A stretch of 63,567 nt of DNA, counting the filler, from Octopus bimaculoides (lineage: Eukaryota): the NCBI RefSeq assembly GCF_001194135.2. It is 6 parts of 5 records of this genome, joined end to end, with 100 filler letters (N's around TTAATTAATTAA, not from the genome) between each part and the next. Parts side by side here need not be neighbours in the genome. Positions count along the whole stretch, not along the records: positions 19,881 to 31,772 come from NC_068981.1; positions 31,873 to 37,867 come from NC_068994.1; 4 more parts are not named here. One strand, written 5' to 3'. The position numbers and the translations under genes were made by a program. The notes below the pieces were generated by a model that saw only the letters and a program-made list of their open reading frames with translations, had not been told where the DNA came from and searched no databases. Below are positions 26,081 to 37,086 of the stretch, piece by piece; positions within the stretch are counted from its first letter, which is position 1; every line of letters begins with the position of its first letter.

Positions 26081-26840
26081 GTATTATCTGCCGATGAGAC
26101 ATGATGTTGTAGCCAAAACACTGTATAATGTCGTAGCTAAGATACTGTATAATGAGATCCATAAGGCGAAAGAAATAAGAACCCACACTATGGTAGAAGC
26201 CATAGCCACTCATAATAAGGAGTATTGGTGGAATATCCCAATGAAAGCCTCAATCAAATGTGAAAATAACAGACCTGACATAGAGATTTGGGATAGAGAA
26301 GAGAAACTGTATAGTTGTGGAAGTCAGTTGCCCTGCGGATGTTAAGATAAAACTATAGATCAGCAAGAAAGAAAATACCTACGCTGAACTATTGAGGAAT
26401 CTGCAGTTACTTTATCCAGATTACAAGTTCAGGTTTATACCTGTAATTATTGGAGCCCTGGGGTATGTAACACACTGCCTAAGTACCAATTTTCAGGAAT
26501 AAGTCTTCTCAAAACCAGAAAGAAGAAAGCTGATTCGAAAACTACAGATCGAAGCCATAACTGGAACTGTGAAAACCTGTAAAACTTTCCAGAAGTTTAT
26601 CATTTAAGTATATATGAGCTTGCCTAGACATGCAACTATAAGCATGAGAGTAAAACATTAAACAAAACATACAAATCTGCACATACACTGACTCCAAATG
26701 CTGCACATATAAATGAATACGTGCAAAAATACCCTGTTGATGGTGTTGAAATTCCAATGAAGGAACCTTGGATCTAAGTTAGAAACCGGTTCTTTCTCTA
26801 TTGGCAAGATTTTTAAAAATAAAACTGAATAATGACATAC
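26081..26840 (+). mobile_element. Second tandem R4/Dong-like copy carrying the RLE domain and 3' UTR
   Basis: YYLPMRHDVV..EYWWNIP..NNRPDIEIWDREEK..EVSCPADV..LLRNLQLLYPDYKF..IIGALG..TGTVK. Confidence 0.92.
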
Positions 26841-26929
26841 ATATTTCGCCCGAGATTTGCAGCATCGTGAAACTCGAGTTGTAAAACAAACTCTCACATA
26901 CAATTTTAATTTAAAAAACAACTATATAT

Positions 26930-27510
26930 ACATATATGTAAGTATGCATGTATGTAAGTGTCTTCTATTTTTTTTAATTATCATAAATCTTCCACTGAGG
27001 AGGGAACCGGTTTCCAACAAAAATACAAGGCTCCATCTTTGGAATGTAGTTAACACAGAATGTAGTTAACACAGACAAAAAACTTGAGAAAAGCCTTGCA
27101 TATTTTTACGGTTCCATTCACAGATTGCACTTGTAATGTACGAATTAGCCAGTCGATTTCTCTTTCTGAAAATCCTAGTTTATCCAGATTTTCCTTTAAG
27201 CATTTACTAACATAACCTAGTGCTCCAATTATTGTTAGTCTGAATATGAATTCATAGTCTGGATATAGAAGCTGGAGGTTTCGAAGCAGTTGTCCATAGA
27301 TATCCTCTTTTTCTTTAATTTTCAAAGAGATATTTATATCTGCAGGGCAGCTGACCTCTATGATAGTACATACCATTGCCCCCTCAGTCCCAAACAACAA
27401 CATGCGGCCTGTTTTGTTTACATTTGACAGAAGTTTTGATGGGAATCTTCCACCAGTATTCTTTAAGTTGGTGTTTATTGCATAACAGGGAATTTCTAAG
27501 TTTATTTCAG
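26930..27510 (-). mobile_element. Third R4/Dong-like copy (related subfamily), tail-to-tail with the second
   Basis: EYWWKIP..IIEVSCPADINISLKIKEKEDIYGQLLRNLQLLYPDY..IIGALGYV..NGTVKICKAFLKF. Confidence 0.92.
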
Positions 27511-27514
27511 GACA

Positions 27515-27768
27515 GACTTGCGGTCGTCGGATCGCGGTTTCGATTGTGAGTGTTTATTGACGAGTGTTTATTAACGTTGTGAGTGTTTATTGAGCGAAAA
27601 CACCTAGGGCTTCACGAGGCTCCGGCAGGGCATGATGGCGAACCTTGCTGTACTCTTCCACCACAACTTTCTCTCACTCTTTCTTCCTGTTTCTGTTGTA
27701 CCTGTATTTCAAAGGACCAGCCTTGTCACACTCTGTGTCACGTTGAATCTCCCCGAGAAATCATGTAC
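27515..27768 (+). mobile_element. SINE family C, partial and rearranged head
   Basis: Matches 50972-51343. Confidence 0.88.
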
Positions 27769-28131
27769 TTTACCTCTTCTTTCTAGCATGTCCGAAGTGA
27801 CATTTCTGTCCCCCCACCCTTATTCTTTTCCTAAACTTCTTCCGATTCCTATGTTTGCGATACAGGAGATTAGGATTTCCCCCACAAAACACGTTCTCAA
27901 TATTTTAATGTCGTTTACTTGTTGTTTCTAACATGTCGAGTTTTCTGGCGGTGGTCTGGTATTTTTTAAGTCTTCTATTTCAGTAGAATTCTACGCATGC
28001 GGAAAAACATCAGACAAAAGTTAAAGATTGAGAGATTTTAGCTTTTTGGAAGCTGGTAGGTGATGGGTGGGCAAGGTAGGGGAAGGAGCATTGAGTGTTT
28101 TTTTAAGAAAAATTAAACTATATATGATATG

Positions 28132-28245
<114 letters not shown>

Positions 28246-28844
28246 TACATATATATTAATGCATATGTGTGTATGTGTGNNNNNNNNNNNNNNNNNNNNN
28301 NNNNNNNNNNNNNNNNNNNNNNNNNNNNNNNNNNNNNNNNNNNNNNNNNNNNNNNNNNNNNNNNNNNNNNNNNNNNNNNNNNNNNNNNNNNNNNNNNNNN
28401 NNNNNNNNNNNNNNNNNNNNNNNNNNNNNNNNNNNNNNNNNNNNNNNNNNNNNNNNNNNNNNNNNNNNNNNNNNNNNNNNNNNNNNNNNNNNNNNNNNNN
28501 NNNNNNNNNNNNNNNNNNNNNNNNNNNNNNNNNNNNNNNNNNNNNNNNNNNNNNNNNNNNNNNNNNNNNNNNNNNNNNNNNNNNNNNNNNNNNNNNNNNN
28601 NNNNNNNNNNNNNNNNNNNNNNNNNNNNNNNNNNNNNNNNNNNNNNNNNNNNNNNNNNNNNNNNNNNNNNNNNNNNNNNNNNNNNNNNNNNNNNNNNNNN
28701 NNNNNNNNNNNNNNNNNNNNNNNNNNNNNNNNNNNNNNNNNNNNNNNNNNNNNNNNNNNNNNNNNNNNNNNNNNNNNNNNNNNNNNNNNNNNNNNNNNNN
28801 NNNNNNNNNNNNNNNNNNNNNNNNNNNNNNNNNNNNNNNNNNNN

Positions 28845-28880
<36 letters not shown>

Positions 28881-28904
28881 CACTAGCACTACTACTACTA
28901 CTAC

Positions 28905-28939
<35 letters not shown>

Positions 28940-28946
<7 letters not shown>

Positions 28947-28952
28947 TGATGT

Positions 28953-29013
<61 letters not shown>

Positions 29014-29450
29014 ATTGTAGCATACAGTGCTCAGGTGCACTACAGCTAAAAAAAAAAGGTATTAGGTGTAATGTTGGTGAATTTCAGGAAGCATGGAAGT
29101 TGTGAATGATGTAGTGTCTTGACAGCTAACGACTGATGCAGGCAGTTTATTCTAGTTTCCAGCAATTCTGAACGTGAAAAAATGTTTCCGAAAGTCATGG
29201 GTGTTGTGTTGTTTTTTTATTATTATTTTGGAAGCATGTCCACGAGTGTTTGACAATGATTGTAGGCTGGAGAATACTTGCAAATGATAGTCAAAATAGT
29301 CCCGTATTTTAAGGTTTCATTGATCGACATCCTGTGACTGTTCTATTTTTGTATATTGTCGCTTTCCATAACTAATTTTCTTAATAGATTCCGCACAAAC
29401 TTCTACAGTCTTTGTAATGTGTCCTTCTAAAGCTTCTTCCTCTGTCACTT
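28940..29450 (-). mobile_element. CR1 LINE 3' end with (CAT)n tail
   Basis: SNTRGHASKI..FRKHFFTFRIAGN*NKLPASVVS resembles CR1 TRGH..RK.FF..RV..WN.LP..VV. Confidence 0.75.
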
Positions 29451-29460
29451 TTATAGTAGA

Positions 29461-29551
29461 CTAGCAGAAATACCCGGCGTTGCCCGGGTTAAAGAGAATA
29501 ATGAAATCTAAAAACGCCGTCTAGACTACGCATCATCTTTATATATAGAGA
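29461..29551 (-). mobile_element. Complete 91-bp non-autonomous mini-Helitron
   Basis: 5' TC, 3' CTAG, GC hairpin CCCGGGCAACGCCGGG just upstream of CTAG, inserted between A and T, no TSD. Confidence 0.85.
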
Positions 29552-30240
29552 TGTATATACACACACGCACCCAAACACACGTATATATATGTATATCAAT
29601 ATAAATATATGAAAGTCAATGAAGTTTCGTAAAAGAAGGTGATCATGTACATACTTTCTTGCTGTTGTGATTATAACACCTCATTGTAAACTATGTTCCT
29701 TGTTTTCCCTTGTGGAGCATATACAAATAGGTTNNNNNNNNNNNNNNNNNNNNNNNNNNNNNNNNNNNNNNNNNNNNNNNNNNNNNNNNNNNNNNNNNNN
29801 NNNNNNNNNNNNNNNNNNNNNNNNNNNNNNNNNNNNNNNNNNNNNNNNNNNNNNNNNNNNNNNNNNNNNNNNNNNNNNNNNNNNNNNNNNNNNNNNNNNN
29901 NNNNNNNNNNNNNNNNNNNNNNNNNNNNNNNNNNNNNNNNNNNNNNNNNNNNNNNNNNNNNNNNNNNNNNNNNNNNNNNNNNNNNNNNNNNNNNNNNNNN
30001 NNNNNNNNNNNNNNNNNNNNNNNNNNNNNNNNNNNNNNNNNNNNNNNNNNNNNNNNNNNNNNNNNNNNNNNNNNNNNNNNNNNNNNNNNNNNNNNNNNNN
30101 NNNNNNNNNNNNNNNNNNNNNNNNNNNNNNNNNNNNNNNNNNNNNNNNNNNNNNNNNNNNNNNNNNNNNNNNNNNNNNNNNNNNNNNNNNNNNNNNNNNN
30201 NNNNNNNNNNNNNNNNNNNNNNNNNNNNNNNNNNNNNNNN

Positions 30241-30529
30241 ATGTGATTGTTTCAGTTAGTGGAATAGTTTCATTTTTAAAGTGAAAGTATTTGACATGAG
30301 TGTTTTTGTTTCACTTTTGACACGTAATACTTAAATAGTGGAGGAGATATTATGTTGCCGTGTGCTCGAACTCTGCAAGAAGTTAATAATTTTTTTTGAC
30401 TAAAACACAACTGGAACCCTAAGTAAGGCATGTGTAAAATTTGAATGAAATTGGTTGCGTAGTTCTCGAGTTTTAGGGATTCACACAGACAGACAGACAC
30501 ACACACATTCTCATTTTTATATATATAGA
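30241..30529 (-). mobile_element. Helitron-like 5' terminal region running into gap
   Basis: A|TCTATATATATAAAAATGAG followed by (GTCT)n; similar start to the mini-Helitron. Confidence 0.65.
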
Positions 30530-30559
30530 TAAAGAAACCATTGCCATTATTATTAATGT

Positions 30560-30695
30560 TCCGCCGAGGTCGACTTTATTTTTCATCCTTTCGGATTCGA
30601 TAAAATAAATACCAGTGAATTAGCAGGATCGATATAATCGACTTCTACCCACGCCCCACCAAATTTCAGGTCTTGTACCCTATATTAGAAAAAAT
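30560..30695 (+). mobile_element. SINE family A, 5'-truncated
   Basis: Core motif. Confidence 0.8.
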
Positions 30696-31295
30696 TAATA
30701 ATTACTGTTTTCAACAGCTATATGAGAATTTCTACTGCACTACCAGAGTACATGCATGTTCCCGAGGTGCATGGAACATTGTCTTTTGGCAATGCAGATT
30801 TGTCTACAAATCAGCTTTACTAATGTTTTGTAGGTACGTGGTATTTCGTTATGCAATCATAATATACTATAAAATATACTAAATGTTTTTATCAGTCAAT
30901 ACTACGTTCTACTGTATTTTGTCAAGGTTTTGTTAAGGTTATTCCTACAGATATTCTATAACAATTATATTAGCATACTTGGCCGAACACCGGTCACATG
31001 GAAGGAGAGTAGAGAGGTAGAGGCGGAGGGATAGAAGAATTAAGGAGGGACGAGAAAAAAGAAGATGGACAGAGTGAAGTGAAAGAGGAGGGGAGGGAAG
31101 AATGAAGGGAAGACCAGGAAATGTGAGAGAGGGGGAGCGAAAGAAAGAAGAGTGGAAAGAACGAAGTAAGTGTGAAAGGGTTGATCGAAAGAATGAAAGA
31201 ACGAGAGAATAAGAGAGTCGTACAGAATTTAAATATATATATATATATATGTACTTACACATAAGAGACCATACATACATACATATATATATATA

Positions 31296-31772
31296 CTAGC
31301 AGAGCCACCCGGCGTTGCCCGGGAATGAAATTGTTGCTTATTGGTACTTGGAAACTTTTACGATAATTAAAATGGGGTTTAAATGAAAAAACTTCACACA
31401 GCGAATATATCACGTTATTGTTTCACTGTTATATACACAGATATACATTGACGCATGTCAGTCGAAAAGTGAAAGTGTAATAGTAATACTTACTTTAACA
31501 CTCAATGGTTTTACACTTTTGTATATGTCACCGACATACTATTCATGTAAGTGCTTCTTCATATACTATGTTTTCTGTCTTGCCATGTTTATCACTGAGA
31601 ATGTAGAGGTTCTTTTCATCTCCAACTCTAGAACATCCAACATACAGCTGACCATGTGAGAAGCAAGGTTGAAAGAGGTTAAGTCCCACCACCTTTAGAG
31701 ATTGACCTTGTGCTTTGTTGATAGACATTGCAAAGGTAAGTTTGACCGGAAACTGCAGTCTCTTGAACTGAA
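31296..31772 (-). mobile_element. Helitron 3' end: PIF1 helicase C-terminus plus hairpin and CTAG terminus
   Basis: FKRLQFPVKLTFAMSINKAQGQSLKVVGLNL..CFSHGQLYVGCSRV..KTENIVYEEAL* (PIF1 motifs V/VI); same hairpin (31308-31323) as the mini-Helitron; CTAG at 31296-31299. Confidence 0.95.
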
Positions 31773-31872
31773 NNNNNNNNNNNNNNNNNNNNNNNNNNNN
31801 NNNNNNNNNNNNNNNNTTAATTAATTAANNNNNNNNNNNNNNNNNNNNNNNNNNNNNNNNNNNNNNNNNNNN

Positions 31873-32034
31873 CTGTAGTGACATTGGTGTGGTAGCAGGA
31901 TTTGCAGTAGTATTGGCTGTAGCTGCAGTGAGTGCTGCTGCTGCTGTTGTGGCACTAGTATTAATAGTAAATGGTGTAGCACCAGAATACGTGGCGGCGG
32001 CGGCGGTGGTGGAGGTGGTGATGGAAGATGATGA

Positions 32035-32068
<34 letters not shown>

Positions 32069-32088
32069 GGTGGTGATGATGATTGCAT
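31873..32088 (-). CDS. Candidate first coding exon of an unknown host gene (S/T/A/P-rich N-terminus), truncated by gap
   Basis: ATG-initiated MQSSSPPPPPPP..TYSGATPFTINTSATTAAAALTAATANTTANPATTPMSLQ with mixed synonymous codons; CpG-rich YY1-like motif about 350 bp upstream; no recognisable domain. Confidence 0.35.
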
Positions 32089-32429
32089 TGATAATTAAGA
32101 GGAGCAGAACAGAAAACGAACGATGATTCTAATGAAAGACGATGGCGATAACGAAGCGAAAAAAAAGTGAAAAGACTGAAGCGGAAGTGTGTGAAAGTGG
32201 TGGTGGTAGTGGGGAGAGGTAATGAAACAATATAAATCATGAAATGGTGTGAATGAAAATGATGATAAAACAACAATAATAAAACCAGTAATAATAACAA
32301 TCACGATGATAATGATAATGATGATGATGATGATGATGATGATGGCGATGAGCTGGAGGGAGGGAGGGAGGAAGAAAAGCGTAAACAGAATAGGATATTC
32401 GTGACGACAGTTTCAAGACATGCATCAAT

Positions 32430-32455
32430 CACCAGCGCGGGCGGCCATTTTGATT
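32430..32455 (-). promoter_or_regulatory. YY1-like element CAAAATGGCCGCC in a CpG patch
   Basis: Motif match upstream of the candidate exon. Confidence 0.3.
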
Positions 32456-32489
32456 ATTAACTATGACAACACTTTCATGTAAACATGAA

Positions 32490-32708
32490 TATCTTTATCT
32501 TTTTATCTTTTACTTGTTTCAGTCATTTTGACTGTGGTCATGCTGGAGCACCGCCTTCAGTCGAGCAAATCGACTCCAGGACTTATTGTTTGGAAGCCTA
32601 GTGCTTATTTTATTGTCCCTTATTCTGTTGCCGAACCGCTAAGTTATGGGGATATAAACACACCAGCATCGGTTGTCAAGCGATGTTGGGGGGACAAACA
32701 CAGACATA

Positions 32709-32762
<54 letters not shown>

Positions 32763-32925
32763 CGACAGGCTTCTTTCAGTTTCCGTCTACCAAATCCACT
32801 CACAAGGCTTTGGTCGGCCCAAGGCTATAGTAGAAGATACTTGCCCAAGGTGCCACACAGTGGGACTGAACCCGGGACCATGTGGTTGGTAAGCAAGCTA
32901 CTTACCACACAGCCACTCCTACGCC
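32490..32925 (-). mobile_element. SINE family B, full-length
   Basis: tRNA-like head (GGCTGTGTGG, GGGTTCAGTCCC), CORE-like gcaccttgggcaagt, internal (TA)(TG), tail gactgaaacaagtaaaagataaa. Confidence 0.93.
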
Positions 32926-33126
32926 TATTGGACATTAATATTGGACATTAACTATAAACATTGTGATTTCTTACATCGACAGACGTCACAAATTTATCGG
33001 AGAAACACATCGCTGCTTCAAACGGCTCCAAATATATTACGAAGGCATTTTTTTTTTTGACCTCCATTTTCGCAGCCGATATTAAGATGAAAACGTGTCA
33101 ACAAAAGTTTATATCTATTTATAAGA

Positions 33127-33424
33127 CGCAAACGTGGCTGTGTGGTAAGGAGTATGCTCCCTCCCATCAGCCACATGGTTCCCGGTTCAGTCCCAGTGTG
33201 TGGTAGTTTGGGCGAATGTCTTCTACTATAGCCTCAGGCCGACCAAAGCGTTGTGAGCGGATTTGGTAGACGGAAACTGAAAGAAGCCCGTCGTAATTTA
33301 CGTGTGTGTGTTTGCATCCGTCCTTCGCCCCCGGACACCGCTTGAGAACCGGTGTTGGTGTGTTTATGTCCCCGTAACCTAACGTTTCGGCAAAAGAGCC
33401 GATAGAATAAGTACGAGGCTTAGC

Positions 33425-33463
<39 letters not shown>

Positions 33464-33555
33464 GCACTGGAGTGAATAATATTCGACTAATAGTTCTTCA
33501 AAATGGTGCTACAGCCTGACCGCAGGCTAGTGACTGAAACAGGTAAACGATAAAA
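33127..33555 (+). mobile_element. SINE family B, full-length, older
   Basis: As for other family B copies. Confidence 0.88.
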
Positions 33556-33558
33556 GGG

Positions 33559-33594
<36 letters not shown>

Positions 33595-33667
33595 GGGACG
33601 CACGCGCTTACTTCTTTAAAATCATGAGTACAACAAAAAGTGTTTTTGTTTCGTTCCAAGAATACAT

Positions 33668-33850
33668 CGGTGAGGTGACAGAATCGTTAGACTCTTGGAC
33701 AAAATGCCTAGCAGTATTGACTCTTGTGTTCAAATCTCGCCGGGTCAAGTTTGTCTTTCATATCATCGGGGTCAATAAAATAATAGACAACTCACCTAAT
33801 GCAGTCGATGGCATCGACCTTTGCTAACCTTGTGCCCAAATCATAAACAA
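33668..33850 (+). mobile_element. SINE family A, degenerate
   Basis: Head and core similarity. Confidence 0.7.
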
Positions 33851-34199
33851 TTGTGATTATTGTGTGAAAGGTGCATGGCTCAGTGGTTAGAGCGTCAAGC
33901 TCACAATTTAGAGATAGTGAAAAACGGCGAGCTGGCAGAAACGTTAGCACGCCATTCTATCACTGTAGCTACCGCCACCACCACCATTACTACAACAACT
34001 ACTACTACTCCATAAGGCAGTCTCCATGTAGTTGCCTGACCTGCTAAAAATAGCAGCCGAATCTTCAGGAAATCACAAATCTCGCTATACAGTGAAAGGA
34101 ATGGACCCCATTCAGCGATGTGATGTACACTTAAATTGACGTGGTGGTCACGACTGGAGTACACTTCTCATTTGTATGTCGTGTAGAAAACCTGCTCAG

Positions 34200-34470
34200 T
34201 CAGAACCCCTACATGGACTTAACTAGCAGTACCACTAGTAGTAGTAGTAGTAGTGGTGGTGGTGGTGATGGTAGTGGTGGTAGTAGTAGTATTTGTGGTG
34301 GTGATGCTAGTAGTAGGGGAGGTAGTGGTGGTGGTGGTAGTAGTGGTCATAATTGTAGTAGTTGTTGTAATAATGGTAGTGGAAGTAATAGTAGTTGTGG
34401 CGGTAGTAGTAGCGGTAGCAGTGGTGGTGGTAGTGGTAGTAGTAGCAGTAGTATAAATTTCACCAGTGCT
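34200..34470. repeat. Compound (GTA/GGT)n trinucleotide tract
   Basis: Direct. Confidence 0.9.
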
Positions 34471-34767
34471 GCTAGTAGGTGGCACTGGTATTCCGCAAAT
34501 GCTTATAATTAGCAAAAAAAAAAGAAAATAATAATAATAATAATAATTACAATAAAAAAAAAACAATAATAAATAGAACATTCAGCAACAGAGATAATAC
34601 AAAATAAAATGAATAAATAAATAAATAATTTTTGTGGTGGTGGTGGGGGTGGGTGGGATAAAAAAATTAATGATGATAATAAATGCTAGTCTAACATTGA
34701 AGTCGTTTTAATGTTATTGCTATGAAGCATTCTTGATGGTAATGGAATTCCCCCTCCGTATAAGACA

Positions 34768-35385
34768 GCGGCGCAGGCGCAGTCGTGTAGTAAGAAAAAG
34801 CTTGCTTCCAAATCACATCGTTTCGGGTTCAGTTCCGCTGCATGGCATCTTGGGCAAGTGTCTTCTACTATGAATATAGCTCCCGGCGAGCTGGCAGAAA
34901 CGTTAGCACGCCGGACGAAATGCTTAGCGGTATTTCGTCTGCCGTTACGATCTGAGTTCAAATTCCACCGAGGTCGACTTTGCCTTTCATCCTTTCGGGA
35001 TCGATTAAATAAATACCAGTTACGCACTGGGGTCGATGCAATCGACTTAATCCCTTTGTCTGTCCTTGTTTGTCCCCTCTATGTTTAGCCCCTTGTGGGC
35101 AATAAAGAAATAAGAAACGTTAGCATGCCGGGCGAAACGCTTAGCGGTATTTCGTGTTTTTACGTTCTGAGTTAAAATTCCGCTGAGGTCGACTTTGCCT
35201 TTCATCCTTTCGGGATGGTCGATAAATTAAGTATCAGTTGCGTACTGGGGTCGATCTAATCGACGGCACCCCTCCTCCCCCAAATTTCGGGCTTTGTGTA
35301 AAAAGAAGTATAAATATAGCTCTCGGCCGACCAAAACCTTGTGAGTGGATTTGGTAAACGGAAACTGGAAGAAGCCTGATATATG
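34768..35385 (+). mobile_element. SINE family B interrupted by two tandem family A SINEs (34884-35113, 35114-35308)
   Basis: B head, then A-A, then B resumes at tcggccgacc; TSD TAT(G/A)AATATAGCTC at 34869-34882 and 35309-35322. Confidence 0.9.
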
Positions 35386-35994
35386 TCAATTCCACGTGCG
35401 TCTTATTCATGGAGCTTGCCTTATAAAGCCTATCCACAGATCTCGGCTATCAGATAGTACGATACAATGGAAATGGATGAAACAATTGTAGAGTTATGCA
35501 ATAAAACGAATTTCCCCTCCCCCCTCTCTCTCTCTCTCCATTCTCCTTGTTAGCATTTCTGGTGCATTAGTCCAAAGCTGTACCCCAGCATGGACACAGT
35601 CTGATGACTGATACAAGTAAAAGATAAATTTGGTTATCTCGTCCCCATTAAAAAATTGCCATTAAAAAAAAACGGGTTATCTCTCCACTAAAAAGTTGGG
35701 TTTATGTGACGACCAGAGATTGGATTAAAAGCCTGAAAACGATTTCTTCAGGCGCAGATGCATGGCTTCTCGAGACCGACGGATGCCTCCTCCTCCTCTT
35801 CCACTACCACCACTACTACTGCTACTACTCGCTCTGTTTAACTTCCCCCACATACACCTTGCACTTCTTGACAAACGGTGTTGGTTTGTTTACGTCCACG
35901 TGACATTAGTGGTTAGGCAAAAGCTACTTACCACACAGCCACTCTGTAGAAGTTACAACTAATTTATTACGCATAAACTTTAACAACAAAATCT

Positions 35995-36077
35995 TATATG
36001 GACTCCTTCCTCCTCCCCACCTCCAAGGGTCCACATGACCTTCGAAGGTCATGTGGACCCCGGTTGAGAATCAACTG
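35995..36077. mobile_element. hAT-like MITE remnant with perfect 34-bp palindrome
   Basis: GGGTCCACATGACCTTC|GAAGGTCATGTGGACCC (36027-36060) followed by TIR-like GGTTGAGAATCAACTG. Confidence 0.55.
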
Positions 36078-36169
36078 ATCAAGGACTCGAGGTGAACGGC
36101 GACGACTTTGCTGACGCAGTTGAATAACAAAATCTGGTTTAAGTGTCCGAAGAACATCAACCACAAACA

Positions 36170-36360
36170 AACGTCTCTCTCTCACTGTCTCTCTCTCTCA
36201 CTGTCTCTCTCTGTCACTGTCTCTCTCTCTCTCTCTCACTGTCTCTCTCTCTCTCTCTCACTGTCTCTCTCTCTCTCCCTCTCCCTCTCTCTTTCTCTTT
36301 CTCTCTCTCTCACTCTGTCTCTCGCTCTCACTCACTCGTTCTCTCTCTCTCACTCTCCCA
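36170..36360. repeat. (CT)n tract with recurrent CACTGT interruptions
   Basis: Direct. Confidence 0.9.
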
Positions 36361-36734
36361 CACAATACATGCGTGTACAGGCCGATCTTATTCGCCATTA
36401 TAATCTTTAATAATATTTTCTTTACTCAGGTTCCAGACAGTTACGTTGTCATCATCATCATCATCATCATCGGTGTCACTATCATCGTCATCATCAACAT
36501 TATCATCATCATTATCATTTTCCTCTTTTCATTAAATATATCACTGGCCCGAACAGCGGCATTCTCTCCACCACCACCACCATTTCTCTCTTTCTGATTA
36601 CGTACAAGTTATATAGAAACGACCCGATATTAAAAACCACCACCACCATCACCACCACCACCACTACCACTACTACTACTACTAAGAGGACTAAAAACAA
36701 AATGAAGAAATACTCAAGTGTGTGTGTACTCTTT

Positions 36735-36946
36735 ATTCTTTCACTGGTTTCAGTCATTTGACTGCGGCCATGCTGGAGCACCGCCTTTATAGTCGGTCAA
36801 ATCGAACCCAGGACTTATTCTTTGTAAGACTAGTACTTATTCTATCGGTCTCTTTTGTCAAACCACTAAGTTACGGGGACGCAAACACACCAGCATCGGT
36901 TATCAAGCGATGCTGGTGGGACAAACAAACATATACACACACATAC

Positions 36947-36981
<35 letters not shown>

Positions 36982-37086
36982 CGACGGGTTTTTTTCAGTT
37001 TCCGTCTACCAAATCCACTCAAGGCTTTGGTCGGCCCGAGGCTATAGTAGAAGACACTTGCCCAANNNNNNNNNNCTCCTGCGCCT
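36735..37086 (-). mobile_element. SINE family B, near full-length with small gap
   Basis: Matches 32490-32925. Confidence 0.92.
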
